Part shown: positions 10,727 to 20,819 of the stretch, piece by piece
How positions within the stretch are numbered: the stretch's first letter is position 1
Layout of the letters: every line of letters starts with the position of its first letter
DNA from: an uncultured Chloroflexia bacterium
GTDB lineage: Bacteria; Chloroflexota; Limnocylindria; Limnocylindrales; CSP1-4
Assembly (NCBI GenBank): GCA_963819655.1
Contig: CAWFXA010000002.1
Coordinates: forward strand, 1,088,001 to 1,152,000
DNA: 64,000 bases
Direction: 5' to 3'
The notes under the pieces: generated by a model
What the model was told of the DNA's origin: nothing
The model's input: the letters and a program-made list of their open reading frames with translations, nothing else
Databases searched by the model: none
Translations under genes and position numbers: made by a program

Positions 10727-11761
10727 TCAGGTCGTCCGACCGCGCACGAGGTCGCGGCCGGCGACCAGCGCACGGAGCTTGGCGAGCGTCGCCCAGCGGG
10801 CGGTCTGGCTAAAGCCGCAATCGGGGACGAGCGTCAGCCGCTCGGGTGGCACGCCGGTCGCGAGGACCGCATCGATGCGCTCGGCGACGTCCTCCGCGGT
10901 CTCGATGTAGTAGTTCTTGACGTCGACGACGCCGGCCGCGACATCCCGCCCGGCCGCGGCGATCTCGCCAAGGATCTCGACCTCGGCCATCTCCCGGTTG
11001 GCGAACTCGAGCACAAGCTCGTCGACGTCGAACCCGAGCATCGCCTCGAGCACCGGCCGGTAGGTGCGGCGCGCCAGCGGCCGGCCGAGGTAGTTCCCGA
11101 AACACAGGTGCGCCCCGAGCCGGACCTTGCCGACGACCGGCGCGACCGCCGCGTTGAACAGCGCCGCGAAATCGGATGGGGCATCCGGATGGATGGCCGG
11201 CGACGGATCGTCGATCTGGATGTGGCGGGCACCCGCCGCGACGAGCCCCTCGAGCTCGGCGCGCAGGATCGGGACGAACGCCTCGGCCGCAGCGTCGCGT
11301 TCCGGGTACACCTCACCATGCCCCGTCCGCAGCCGACCGGACAGGGTGTACGGCCCGGGCAGCGTGACCTTGAGTGGTCGGCTGGCGCGTCTCGAGGCGT
11401 ATCGGAACTCCTCGACCACGCCGAGCCCGTCGGGCGCCGCGATCGGCTCGAGCACCTCGAACCGGTGCTGCTGGTCGTGGCCGCCCGCCCCGAGGACCCG
11501 ATCCGCGGGCAGAGCCCGGACACCGGTCATGTGCCGGTAGAACTCGGCGGTGAAGAAGCCCGCGCGCCTCATCTCGCCGTCGCTGACGAGGTCGATACCG
11601 GCGTCCTCCTGATCGCGCAGCGCGAGGTCGACCGCGTCGTCCAGCATCTCCGCGAGATCGACCGGCCCGAACTCGCCGCGCTCCGCGGCCGCGATCCCGG
11701 CGACGAACCACGACGGACGGGCATGCGACCCGACGACACTCGTCCGGAGCCCTTCGGTCAT
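10727..11761 (-). CDS. Cobalamin-independent methionine synthase II-like (single-barrel MetE) zinc enzyme
   Basis: TSVVGSH, DGEMRR, KVTLPGP, IQIDDP, zinc ligands HLC...E...PDCGF. Confidence 0.85.
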   Translation of the reverse strand: MTEGLRTSVVGSHARPSWFVAGIAAAERGEFGPVDLAEMLDDAVDLALRDQEDAGIDLVSDGEMRRAGFFTAEFYRHMTGVRALPADRVLGAGGHDQQHRFEVLEPIAAPDGLGVVEEFRYASRRASRPLKVTLPGPYTLSGRLRTGHGEVYPERDAAAEAFVPILRAELEGLVAAGARHIQIDDPSPAIHPDAPSDFAALFNAAVAPVVGKVRLGAHLCFGNYLGRPLARRTYRPVLEAMLGFDVDELVLEFANREMAEVEILGEIAAAGRDVAAGVVDVKNYYIETAEDVAERIDAVLATGVPPERLTLVPDCGFSQTARWATLAKLRALVAGRDLVRGRTT

Positions 11762-11777
11762 GCGGTCATCCGTTCGA

Positions 11778-12590
11778 CTATTCCGCTTCCGGTTTCGGTT
11801 CGGCTGTCGTGGACACGATCGACCAGCCGCCATCGACGGCCAGTGACTGCCCGGTCACGGCGCGCGACTCGTCCGACAGGAAGAAGATCGCGGCCTTGGC
11901 GACCTCGTCCGGATCGAGCATCGAGCCGGCGAGCGGCTGCTTCCTCGTCGCGTACTCGAGGATGTGCGGATCAGAGGCCGCTCGTGCGGCCATCGGCGTG
12001 GCGGTCAGCGACGGGGCGACCAGGTTCACCCGGATGCGGTCCGCGACGTACGTGGCAGCCATCGTCGTCATCAGTGCGGTCAGCGCGCCTTTCGCCGCGG
12101 CGTAGGCGTGCGTGCCGAACAGTTCCGGGACCGGTGCATCCGTCGTGATGCTGCCGAGGAGCAGGATCGACCCGCGCATGCCCGAGGCGTCGGGCGACTG
12201 GTCCCGCATCGCCTTCACGGCACGGCTGCACATGAGGACCTGGGTGCGCAGATTGAGCGCGGCGGTCGCCTCCCACGCGTCGCCTGTGAGCGTGTGGATC
12301 GGGCCGTCGCCGAAACGCCGGCCGCTCCCGCCGGCCACCGAGAACAGCCCATCGATCCGGCCGAACCGCTCGAGGCCCGCCGTGACCGCACGGTCCACCG
12401 CCTTCTCATCGGTGAGGTCGGCCTCGGCCCATCCGACGTTCGGGAGACGCTCGGCCAGCGTACGCGCGTGCTCGCTGGTGCGCGACACGACGAATACCGA
12501 CGCCCCTTCCGCGGCCGCTCGCTCGGCAGTCGCAGCGCCGATGCCTGTCGATCCGGTGATCAGCACGACCCGGCCCGCCAGGCGGTCCAT
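11778..12590 (-). CDS. SDR family oxidoreductase
   Basis: ITGSTGIG, YAAAK catalytic motif, VDGG. Confidence 0.92.
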   Translation of the reverse strand: MDRLAGRVVLITGSTGIGAATAERAAAEGASVFVVSRTSEHARTLAERLPNVGWAEADLTDEKAVDRAVTAGLERFGRIDGLFSVAGGSGRRFGDGPIHTLTGDAWEATAALNLRTQVLMCSRAVKAMRDQSPDASGMRGSILLLGSITTDAPVPELFGTHAYAAAKGALTALMTTMAATYVADRIRVNLVAPSLTATPMAARAASDPHILEYATRKQPLAGSMLDPDEVAKAAIFFLSDESRAVTGQSLAVDGGWSIVSTTAEPKPEAE

Positions 12591-13237
12591 CAGGGACCGA
12601 CTGCCGCGATGAGCGCTCGACGAGCGGTCGGATCGGCGTTGGTCAAGGCTCCGCCCACCCCGACGGCAACGCAGCCGGCCGCCAGGAACGCGGCCGCGGA
12701 GCCAGCGTCGACGCCGCCGGTCGCGATCATCTCGATGTCCGGGAAGGGACCGCGCATCTCGCGAACGTGCGCCGGACCCAGGCTGGACGCTGGGAAGATC
12801 TTGACGAAGGTCGCCCCGCCTCGCCACGCGAGGTCGATCTCCGACGGCGAGTACGCGCCCGGGATGACGGGCAAGCCGAGCGCGATCGCCTCCTCGACGA
12901 GCGCGAGATCGAGCGTCGGGCTGACCGCGAACGCGGCCCCGACATCGACGGCCGCGTGGAGCGCATCGGTTGTCCGGATCGTGCCGGCCCCGACCACGAC
13001 GTCCCCTCGGCCACCCTCCTCTAGACGCCGGCGCGCAGCGACCAGGTCATCCGCCGCGCTGGGCGCGTCGAAGGTCACCTCGAGGATGCGGACGCCGTCA
13101 CCGACCAGCGCATCCACCAGGTCGAGCAGACGGGTCTGCGGTTCGATCCCGCGCAGGATCGCGATCAGCCGGGCCGACCGGATCAGGTCGGCGACGGGTG
13201 AGGCGCGAAGGGCATCCACGGCACGCGGGTCGGGCAT
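12590..13237 (-). CDS. eda: KDPG/KHG aldolase family
   Basis: IAILRG, LEVT, VGAGT, FAVSP, VKIFPA, TGGV; TACGAT -10 box 7 nt before ATG. Confidence 0.85.
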   Translation of the reverse strand: MPDPRAVDALRASPVADLIRSARLIAILRGIEPQTRLLDLVDALVGDGVRILEVTFDAPSAADDLVAARRRLEEGGRGDVVVGAGTIRTTDALHAAVDVGAAFAVSPTLDLALVEEAIALGLPVIPGAYSPSEIDLAWRGGATFVKIFPASSLGPAHVREMRGPFPDIEMIATGGVDAGSAAAFLAAGCVAVGVGGALTNADPTARRALIAAVGP

Positions 13238-13295
13238 CGCCGGCATCGTACGTCCCGCGCTCGGCGGCCGCGATCGCGCTAGGATCCCTGGCATC

Positions 13296-14741
13296 ATGGA
13301 GACGGTCCCGATCGGTGCCTTCGATGCGGCCACGGGCGCGCGCGACGTGTTCCTCGACATCGAGTTGCAGCGCGGCTCGCTGCGTCGCAATCTGCGCCTG
13401 GCGTTGCGCGAGGCGATCCAGCAGGGCCGCCTGTCGGCCGGCACGCGCCTGCCATCATCACGCCGCCTCGCGTCGGACCTGCAGGTCTCGCGCGGGGTGG
13501 TCGCCGATACGTACGACCAGCTCGCAGCCGAGGGCTACCTCGCCGTCGCGCCACGACAGGCGCCGCTGGTGGTCGCGGTGGCTGCCTCCACCCCGCTGAC
13601 CATCGAGGCGGAACGCCGGACCTGGCCCGTCGACTTCGTCGCCACGACGCCGGACGTCGAGCTGTTCCCGCGCCGGGCGTGGTTGCGCGCCATGGAGCGC
13701 GCGATTCGTGCTGCGCCGAACGCCGCATTCGACTACGGCGACCATCGCGGGCGGCCGGAGCTCCGGCTGGCCCTGCGCGAGTACCTCGGCCGTGTCCGCG
13801 GGGTGCGGACCGAACCGGAGCGGATCGTCGTCACCCAGGGCTTCACCCAAGCGCTCTTCCTTCTCTGCCGCGTGCTGCGCGCCGGCGGTGCGCGGACGCT
13901 GACGTTCGAGACGCCGTCCGCCCAGACGCCCTGGGCGACGGTGGCCAGCGCCGGCCTGTCACTCGAGGCAGCACCGGTCGACGACCACGGGCTGCGGACG
14001 GATCGGCTCACCCGATCGGCTGGCGACGCGGTGCTCGTCACGCCAGCCCACCAGTTCCCGACTGGCTCGGTCATGGCCGCCGATCGCCGGGCGGCGCTCG
14101 TCGCGTGGGCGCGGGAGCGGGACCGCCTCATCATCGAGGACGACTACGACGCCGAATTCCGCTATGACCGGGTCGCCATCGGGGCCATCCAGGGACTCGA
14201 TCCGGAGCGCGTCGTCCACATCGGGACGACATCCAAGACCCTCGCGCCGGGGATCCGCCTCGGCTGGATGAGCGTGCCGGTCGATCTTGTCGCCGAGGTG
14301 AAGGCAGAGAAGTCGGCGCTCGACTCCGGTTCGCCGGCGCTCGAGCAGCTCGCGTTCGCCGATATCCTCGCGAGCGGCGAGTACGACCGTCACGTGGCCC
14401 GCGCGCGGCAGGTCTATCGCCATCGACGCGATGCGCTGGTCGGCGCGGTCGGGCGTCACCTGCCGGGTTTGCGGCTCGACGGCGCGGCGGCCGGGCTCCA
14501 CGTGCTGCTCCGACTGCCGGGCTCGGTCGATGACGTCGCGGTCGCGCGAACGGCCGCCGAACGCGGCGTCAGGGTCGAGGCTCTCTCACCGATGTCACTC
14601 GTCGGGGCGCCCGACCGCGGGCTGGTCCTCGGCTACAGCCGGTTGTCCGTGGAAGGGATGGACCCGGCGGTCGCTCTTCTCGCCGACATCCTGCGGTCAG
14701 CCGGCGCCGTCTCACGCCGCGGTCAGGCTTCGTCCGCGTAG
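13296..14741 (+). CDS. MocR/GabR family regulator (GntR HTH + PLP aminotransferase-like)
   Basis: LPSSRRLASDLQVSR, TPAHQFPTG, IIEDDYD, SKTLAPGIRLG. Confidence 0.93.
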   Translation: METVPIGAFDAATGARDVFLDIELQRGSLRRNLRLALREAIQQGRLSAGTRLPSSRRLASDLQVSRGVVADTYDQLAAEGYLAVAPRQAPLVVAVAASTPLTIEAERRTWPVDFVATTPDVELFPRRAWLRAMERAIRAAPNAAFDYGDHRGRPELRLALREYLGRVRGVRTEPERIVVTQGFTQALFLLCRVLRAGGARTLTFETPSAQTPWATVASAGLSLEAAPVDDHGLRTDRLTRSAGDAVLVTPAHQFPTGSVMAADRRAALVAWARERDRLIIEDDYDAEFRYDRVAIGAIQGLDPERVVHIGTTSKTLAPGIRLGWMSVPVDLVAEVKAEKSALDSGSPALEQLAFADILASGEYDRHVARARQVYRHRRDALVGAVGRHLPGLRLDGAAAGLHVLLRLPGSVDDVAVARTAAERGVRVEALSPMSLVGAPDRGLVLGYSRLSVEGMDPAVALLADILRSAGAVSRRGQASSA

Positions 14742-15148
14742 TCCCACGCGCGGATGACCCCCGGTACGACGCGGATGACGGCCCCGGGCGCGTACGACGA
14801 GACCATCCGCTCGGCGGCCTCGGGACCGGAGTAGCGCAGCCCCGTCCGGCGCAACGCGCCGTAGAAGTCGTCCGGCTCGGTCGACACGGTCGCCTCGCCG
14901 CGCAGCTCGAAGCCCTTGTACGGCCAATCGTGGTTCGCGACCACGACGGTCACCCGCGGGTCGCGCTTGACATGCCCGACCTTGCCGCCCTCGGGTGTCG
15001 GCACCCAGATGTTGATGCCGCCGTCATGCCACTCGAACCAGACCGGCGACAGCATGATCGTGTCGTTCTTGCGGCGCGTGGCGAGGATCGCGATCAGCGG
15101 CTCGTCGAGTAGGCCGTCGAGGTCATCGAGACCGAGATCGGTGCGCAT
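14723..15148 (-). CDS. Pyridoxamine 5'-phosphate oxidase-like (PPOX class) protein
   Basis: LAT...SPVWF...K..HVKRDPRVTV pattern. Confidence 0.8.
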   Translation of the reverse strand: MRTDLGLDDLDGLLDEPLIAILATRRKNDTIMLSPVWFEWHDGGINIWVPTPEGGKVGHVKRDPRVTVVVANHDWPYKGFELRGEATVSTEPDDFYGALRRTGLRYSGPEAAERMVSSYAPGAVIRVVPGVIRAWDYADEA

Positions 15149-15149
15149 G

Positions 15150-16103
15150 TCAGACGATCCTCCGACTGTCCGCGACGACCGGCGCGGGCCCGGGCGGTGG
15201 CGTGGCCGATGGCCGTCGGCCCGCCGTCATGTTGACCAGGGCGATGCCGCCCACGATCAGCGCGAGGCCCGTGAGCAGGCGACCATCGACCGGTTCACGT
15301 AGGATGATCGCCCCGAGCGCGACACCGAAGACCGGCAGGAGGTAGGCAACGAGCGACGTCCCGGCAGCGCCGCGCCGGGCGAGCAGGCGGAAGAAGATGA
15401 GATACGCCAGCCCCGACCCGAGGAACCCGAGCCACAGCACCGCAAACAGAGCCTGCGGCTCGACCTGCAGCGTCCACGGCCGATCCACCGCGAGCGCGAT
15501 GGCACCGGCGATGACGAGCGCGAACGCGACCTGGAACAGCGCCGGGATCATCGGGCGCAGGCCGCGGACGTGCCGGCGCGCATAGACCGCGCCACACGCA
15601 TACGACACCGTCGATCCGACGAGCGCCAGCACGCCGGCGAGATCGCTCCCGGCCGCCGTCCCTGGGTCGAAGCCGACCAGCACCGCGACACCGGCGAACC
15701 CGAGGAGGACACCCGCGATCCGGCCCGGGCTGAGCGGCTCGTCGCGGAGCGTGACGGCGGCGATGGGGATGACGAGGATCGGCACGGCGCCGTTGATGAC
15801 CGAGGCGAGCGTCGAATTGACCCGCTGCTCGGCCCAGGTGATCAGGGTGAACGGGATCACGATGTTCACCACGGCCATCACGAGCAGGTGACGGTAGGTC
15901 GTCCGGTCGCGCGGCAAGTGCTCCCGGGCGGCGGCGACGACCGCGGCCAGCAACGCGAAGCCGAGCAGGAGTCGGAGCGCGACCAGCGTGAACGGCGGCA
16001 GGCCGGCATCGACGCCGATCTTGATGAACATGTAACTGCTGCCCCACAGGAAGCCGAGGACGACGAACAGCAGCCAGTCAAATCGGGAGCCGACGGTGGT
16101 CAT
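15150..16103 (-). CDS. EamA/DMT family transporter
   Basis: LWGSSYMFIK start, about ten TM segments, YLLPVFGV. Confidence 0.88.
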   Translation of the reverse strand: MTTVGSRFDWLLFVVLGFLWGSSYMFIKIGVDAGLPPFTLVALRLLLGFALLAAVVAAAREHLPRDRTTYRHLLVMAVVNIVIPFTLITWAEQRVNSTLASVINGAVPILVIPIAAVTLRDEPLSPGRIAGVLLGFAGVAVLVGFDPGTAAGSDLAGVLALVGSTVSYACGAVYARRHVRGLRPMIPALFQVAFALVIAGAIALAVDRPWTLQVEPQALFAVLWLGFLGSGLAYLIFFRLLARRGAAGTSLVAYLLPVFGVALGAIILREPVDGRLLTGLALIVGGIALVNMTAGRRPSATPPPGPAPVVADSRRIV

Positions 16104-16178
16104 GGTGCCATCGTCACGTACCGGTGGCCCCATGGCTAGGTCCACACCGGCCAGACGCGATGGGGCCAGTATCGCCCG

Positions 16179-16207
16179 TTGACGGGCCATCGTCGGGCGT
16201 CTATGCT
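16179..16207 (+). promoter_or_regulatory. Housekeeping-sigma promoter of rho, followed by a C-rich leader
   Basis: TTGACG-N17-TATGCT. Confidence 0.7.
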
Positions 16208-16344
16208 CCAAGTATCCCGACCGGTACCGCGCTGCGGCAGCGATTCCGCGCGCACACCCGCTCGGCCCCCCTTAGCGATCCGGACCCAGGCCGATCGGCC
16301 CGTCGAGTCCGTCCCGCCTCTTCACACCCAGGTGACCCCGCCAG

Positions 16345-17733
16345 ATGCCCGCCACAGGCCCAGACCAGCGTTCCCGTAACCGCCGCCCACGTCGGCGCGG
16401 TCCATCCTCCTCATTCCGCGCTCCTGTCAGCGAATTCGAAGAGCAGCAGGAGCTCGAGGCCGCTCGCGAGCGCAACGACCTCGACGTCAGCGACCTGCGC
16501 GAGATGAGCGTCACCGAGCTCCGCGAGGTCGGTCGCGACCTCGAGCTCGTGACCGCCGCGGGCGACCGCAAGGACGACCTCGTCGACCAGATCCTGCAGC
16601 GCCAGACCGAGCGAGCCGGCCACGCTTACGCGACCGGCATCCTCGACATCGTCGACGAAGGGTTCGGGTTCATGCGCCGCCACGGCCTGCTGCCCAGCCC
16701 GGAGGACGTCTACGTCAGCTCCAGCCAGGTCCGTCGGTTCGGCCTGCGCATCGGCGACCGCATCTCCGGCGCCGTGCGCGCTCCACGGGAGGCCGAGAAA
16801 TATTGGGGCATGCTCCGGGTCGACGCGGTCAACGGCGTCGACACCGACACTGCCCGCCGCCGGCCGATCTTCAACGACCTCACGCCGGTCCATCCCGACG
16901 AGCTCATCAACCTCGAGACCGACCCGAAGAACCTCAGCCAGCGCCTGATCAACCTCGTCAACCCGCTCGGCAAGGGCCAGCGCGCGCTGATCGTCAGCCC
17001 GCCGAAGGCCGGCAAGACGATGCTCCTCAAGCAGATCGCCAACGGCGTCAGCGCCAACTACCCCGAGATGCTCCTGATGGTCGCGCTCATCGGTGAGCGC
17101 CCCGAGGAAGTCACCGACATGCGCCGCAGCGTCAAGGGCGAGGTCATCAGCTCGACGTTCGACGAGCCGACCGAGAACCACACCCATGTCGCGGAGATGG
17201 CGCTGGAGATCGCCAAGCGCCAGGTCGAGACCGGGCGCGACGTCGTCATCCTGCTCGACTCGATCACGCGCCTCGCGCGCGCGTACAACCTTGCGCTGCC
17301 GCCGAGTGGCCGCACGCTGTCGGGCGGCATCGACCCCATCGCCCTCTACCCACCGAAGCGATTCTTCGGCGCGGCACGCAATATCGAGGAAGGCGGCTCC
17401 CTCACGATCATCGGGACGTGCCTGATCGACACCGGCTCGCGCATGGACGACGTCATCTACGAGGAGTTCAAGGGCACCGGCAACTCCGAGCTGATCCTCG
17501 ATCGGAAGCTCGCCGAGAAGCGGATCTACCCCTCGATCGACGTCCAGCGCTCCGGTACTCGCCGCGAGGAGCTGCTGCTCGAGGAAGGCACGCTCAAGAT
17601 GGTCTGGACGATGCGCCGCATGCTCTCGGCGGTCGGGACGAACGAGGGCATCGAGATCCTCCTCAACCGACTCTCGAAGACCCAATCGAACGCCGAATTC
17701 CTCGCGTCGCTGACCAAGAACCTGGACGCCTGA
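16345..17733 (+). CDS. rho: Transcription termination factor Rho
   Basis: [35 protein letters not shown]. Confidence 0.98.
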   Translation: MPATGPDQRSRNRRPRRRGPSSSFRAPVSEFEEQQELEAARERNDLDVSDLREMSVTELREVGRDLELVTAAGDRKDDLVDQILQRQTERAGHAYATGILDIVDEGFGFMRRHGLLPSPEDVYVSSSQVRRFGLRIGDRISGAVRAPREAEKYWGMLRVDAVNGVDTDTARRRPIFNDLTPVHPDELINLETDPKNLSQRLINLVNPLGKGQRALIVSPPKAGKTMLLKQIANGVSANYPEMLLMVALIGERPEEVTDMRRSVKGEVISSTFDEPTENHTHVAEMALEIAKRQVETGRDVVILLDSITRLARAYNLALPPSGRTLSGGIDPIALYPPKRFFGAARNIEEGGSLTIIGTCLIDTGSRMDDVIYEEFKGTGNSELILDRKLAEKRIYPSIDVQRSGTRREELLLEEGTLKMVWTMRRMLSAVGTNEGIEILLNRLSKTQSNAEFLASLTKNLDA

Positions 17734-17788
17734 CGCTCGGAAGTGATGCGTTCACGCCACGGAAACCGGTCGTTCACGAGCGACAGGT

Positions 17789-17818
17789 TTGCCACGCCTG
17801 TTCCGTGCGTGGTAGGTT
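17789..17818 (+). promoter_or_regulatory. Promoter for LysM-M23 gene, giving a ~150-nt leader
   Basis: TTGCCA-N18-TAGGTT with extended TG. Confidence 0.55.
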
Positions 17819-17978
17819 TCGTAGCGATGTCGTAAGTCCGGCGTGATGTCGGACGCGGCCGCGAAGAGAGACCCCCAGCCTCGATACCGCGACCCCGGAC
17901 GGGCCTCGACTACCCCCAACTAGCGCCCATACCCCCAAAACCTGCGCACCGGGCTCGTCCTCACGTCAGGAGACCGTA

Positions 17979-19445
17979 TTGCTCAATGCGTCGGTCGGCG
18001 TCCAGCGCGTCCTTGGCCGCGTGCGCCGCACCTCGATCGACTCGATCACCGAGATGACGATCCCCAGTCGACCCCGTGTGTCGACGCGTGTGTCTCGATC
18101 GCGATACGGGTACATGGCGACATCCGCCCACGTCTATCCAGTCCCCCGCCGACGACGGCGGGCCTTCGTGCTGCCGTCGTTGTCCTTCCATCGACCGAAT
18201 ATCCGGTCGATGGCGCGCTCGTTCCCGCGACTCGCCCGACACGCGTTCGTCGGTCTCGGCCACGAGCGGGTGGTGGCCATCGCCGCCGCCGGCATCCTGC
18301 TGTCGGCCTCGCTCCTGAGCGTCGCTCCGGGCGGGCCGTCCGGTGACACGGGTGGCCCATCGGGCGACGGCAAGGCGCCACGTCTGGCGATCGCCGGATC
18401 GGGTGACGGCGATGACGTCGGCACCGTGGAGGAGGATTACGTCACCCAGGGTGAGGGTGGCGCCGCTGGGACCCTCGCGCACCCGGATCTCGAGCCCACG
18501 GAGATCGACAGCTCCGCGACCTACGACCTCGACCCGGTCAATCGAGCCGGTATCGCGGTCGCCCTGGCGGGCAAGGAGGCCACGATCGCGGGGCCGTTCC
18601 TCGCCGACGGCACCCTGCTCAAGCCGGTCGCGGTCGACACCACGGTGCCGGACGGCAGCGCCCTCATGAAGACGTACCGCGTGAAATCAGGCGACACGCT
18701 GGCCAAGATCGCCGGCCGCTTCGACGTCACGACGATGACCCTGTGGTGGGCGAACGACCTCAAGGCGAAGGATCGCCTCGTCGTCGGCCAGTATCTGCGG
18801 ATCCCGCCAGTCAGCGGTCTCGTGATCGAGGTCACCCCGCTCGACACCCTACCTGCCCTGTCGGCCCAGTACGACGTCCCCGAGCAGGAGATCCTGACCA
18901 CGAACGGCCTCGATGATCGCAACCTCGTGGTCGGTCAGGTCCTGATGCTGCCGGGTGCGCTCGGCAAGGGCATCTCGGTCCCGAAGCCGCCCAAGAGGAC
19001 CGTGTCGTCTCCGGTCAAGCCGCGCAACACCGGGACGCGACCGACCGTCCGCCCGCCGCGGACCTACAGCGGCGGCAACATGTCGTGGCCGACCTCCAGT
19101 CGGCACATCAGCCAGTACTTCCACTACGGCCACTACGGCATCGACATCGACGGATCGACCGGTGACCCGATCTTCGCCAGCGCGTCCGGCACGGTGATCT
19201 TCGCCGGCTGGAAGAACAACGGCGGGGGCTACCAGGTCTGGGTCGCCCACGGCTCCGGGCTGTACACGACGTACAACCACATGTCGAGCGTGTCGGTCGG
19301 GCGTGGTCAGAGCGTCGGACGCGGGCAGCGCGTCGGGCGCATGGGATCGACCGGGTTCGCCACCGGCTCGCACCTCCACTTCGAGGTGTGGAAGGGCCGG
19401 ATCTGGGACGGCGGCCACCGGGTCAACCCGCTCGCCTACCTCTAA
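17979..19445 (+). CDS. LysM-containing M23 peptidoglycan endopeptidase
   Basis: AGGAG RBS before TTG; TM segment, two LysM repeats (YRVKSGDTL), HYGIDID, YNH and HLHFEV motifs. Confidence 0.9.
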   Translation: MLNASVGVQRVLGRVRRTSIDSITEMTIPSRPRVSTRVSRSRYGYMATSAHVYPVPRRRRRAFVLPSLSFHRPNIRSMARSFPRLARHAFVGLGHERVVAIAAAGILLSASLLSVAPGGPSGDTGGPSGDGKAPRLAIAGSGDGDDVGTVEEDYVTQGEGGAAGTLAHPDLEPTEIDSSATYDLDPVNRAGIAVALAGKEATIAGPFLADGTLLKPVAVDTTVPDGSALMKTYRVKSGDTLAKIAGRFDVTTMTLWWANDLKAKDRLVVGQYLRIPPVSGLVIEVTPLDTLPALSAQYDVPEQEILTTNGLDDRNLVVGQVLMLPGALGKGISVPKPPKRTVSSPVKPRNTGTRPTVRPPRTYSGGNMSWPTSSRHISQYFHYGHYGIDIDGSTGDPIFASASGTVIFAGWKNNGGGYQVWVAHGSGLYTTYNHMSSVSVGRGQSVGRGQRVGRMGSTGFATGSHLHFEVWKGRIWDGGHRVNPLAYL

Positions 19446-19523
19446 CCCGGACCTCGCCCAGGCCGCGCCCCGCGGCTGCCCAGCGAACGGGTCGGACCCA
19501 TTGCCCGTGCGAGAATGGCCGCG

Positions 19524-20819
19524 ATGTTCCTCGACCGCGTGAAGATCTGGGTCCGCGCCGGCGATGGTGGCGACGGGGCCGCGACCTTCCGCCAGGAGGC
19601 CCATGTGCCGCGCGGAGGACCCGACGGCGGCGACGGTGGCCGGGGCGGGTCGGTGCATCTGCGTGTCGATGCCGGCCAGACGACGCTCCGCGATTTCCAG
19701 TACCGCCACCACTTCAAGGCGACCCCGGGTGGGCGTGGCACGCGGGCCAGGCGGCACGGCAAGGCCGGCGACGACCTGATCCTCGACGTCCCGCCCGGGA
19801 CCGCCGTCCTGGAGGACGATTCGGGCGCGCTCCTCGCCGATCTCGTGGCGACCGGCCAGCAGGCCATCGTCGCCCGTGGTGGCCGCGGCGGCCTCGGGAA
19901 CACCCACTTCAAGACTTCCACCCATCAGGCGCCGCGCCATGCGCAGAAGGGCGAACCCGGCGAGGAGCACTGGCTGCGCCTGGAGCTGCGGCTCATCGCC
20001 GACGTCGGGCTGGTCGGTCTGCCGAACGCGGGCAAGTCCACGATCCTCGCGGCGCTGACCGCGGCGCAACCGAAGATCGCCGACTACCCGTTCACGACGC
20101 TCGAGCCCAACCTCGGCGTCATGGACCTCGGCGATGAGGACGAGCGACGGCCCACGATCGCCGACGTCCCCGGCCTGATCGAAGGTGCGTCGAGCGGGGC
20201 CGGCCTCGGTCACGCGTTCCTGCGCCACATCGAGCGGACGAGGATCCTCGTCCACGTCGTCGATGGGTCGTCGCGTGATCCCGAATGGGACTATGACGTC
20301 ATCCGCGAGGAGCTACGGGCACATGACCCGGCGCTCCTCGAGAAGCCGATGCTCGTGACCTTCAACAAGCTCGACCTCCCGGCTGCCCAGGAAGCGTGGC
20401 CGGCATTCGATCGTGCGCGGCGAGCGGAGGGTCAGGAGACGATCGCCATCGCCGCGGCCACCGGGGAGGGGCTGGACGCGTTCCGTGCCCGCGTCGCCGA
20501 CCTGTTGCCCTCCGCCGAGGAGCTCGAGGCGCCGCCCGAGCCGTCGGGCGTCGTCGTCCATCGGATCGAGGCCATGACCGACGGCTTCGTCGTCCAGCGC
20601 GACGCCGACGGTGCCTTCCGGGTGCGCGGCAAGCGCATCGAACGGATCGCCGCGCAGACCAACTTCGATGTCGAGGAATCGGCCGAACGTTTCCAGCGCG
20701 ATCTCGCGAAGCTCGGGATCGATACCGAGTTGCGCCGCGCCGGCGTCGCGACCGGCGACCTGGTCCGGATCGGCGGCGCCGAGCTCGAGTGGGAGCGGCA
20801 GCCGTGGGAGGAGGCGTGA
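19524..20819 (+). CDS. obgE: GTPase ObgE
   Basis: Gly-rich Obg fold, GLPNAGKST, YPFTT, DVPG, NKLD, C-terminal OCT-like domain. Confidence 0.98.
   Translation: MFLDRVKIWVRAGDGGDGAATFRQEAHVPRGGPDGGDGGRGGSVHLRVDAGQTTLRDFQYRHHFKATPGGRGTRARRHGKAGDDLILDVPPGTAVLEDDSGALLADLVATGQQAIVARGGRGGLGNTHFKTSTHQAPRHAQKGEPGEEHWLRLELRLIADVGLVGLPNAGKSTILAALTAAQPKIADYPFTTLEPNLGVMDLGDEDERRPTIADVPGLIEGASSGAGLGHAFLRHIERTRILVHVVDGSSRDPEWDYDVIREELRAHDPALLEKPMLVTFNKLDLPAAQEAWPAFDRARRAEGQETIAIAAATGEGLDAFRARVADLLPSAEELEAPPEPSGVVVHRIEAMTDGFVVQRDADGAFRVRGKRIERIAAQTNFDVEESAERFQRDLAKLGIDTELRRAGVATGDLVRIGGAELEWERQPWEEA

Noticed and set aside
11964-13295. 925-aa fusion ORF extending the MocR regulator
   Set aside because: The extension is the antisense shadow of eda and the SDR; the HTH begins after ATG 13296
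17826-17978. c-di-AMP (ydaO) riboswitch before the wall hydrolase
   Set aside because: Conserved GCTGAATCC / GGAACC / CAGCTAAC-type elements are not present
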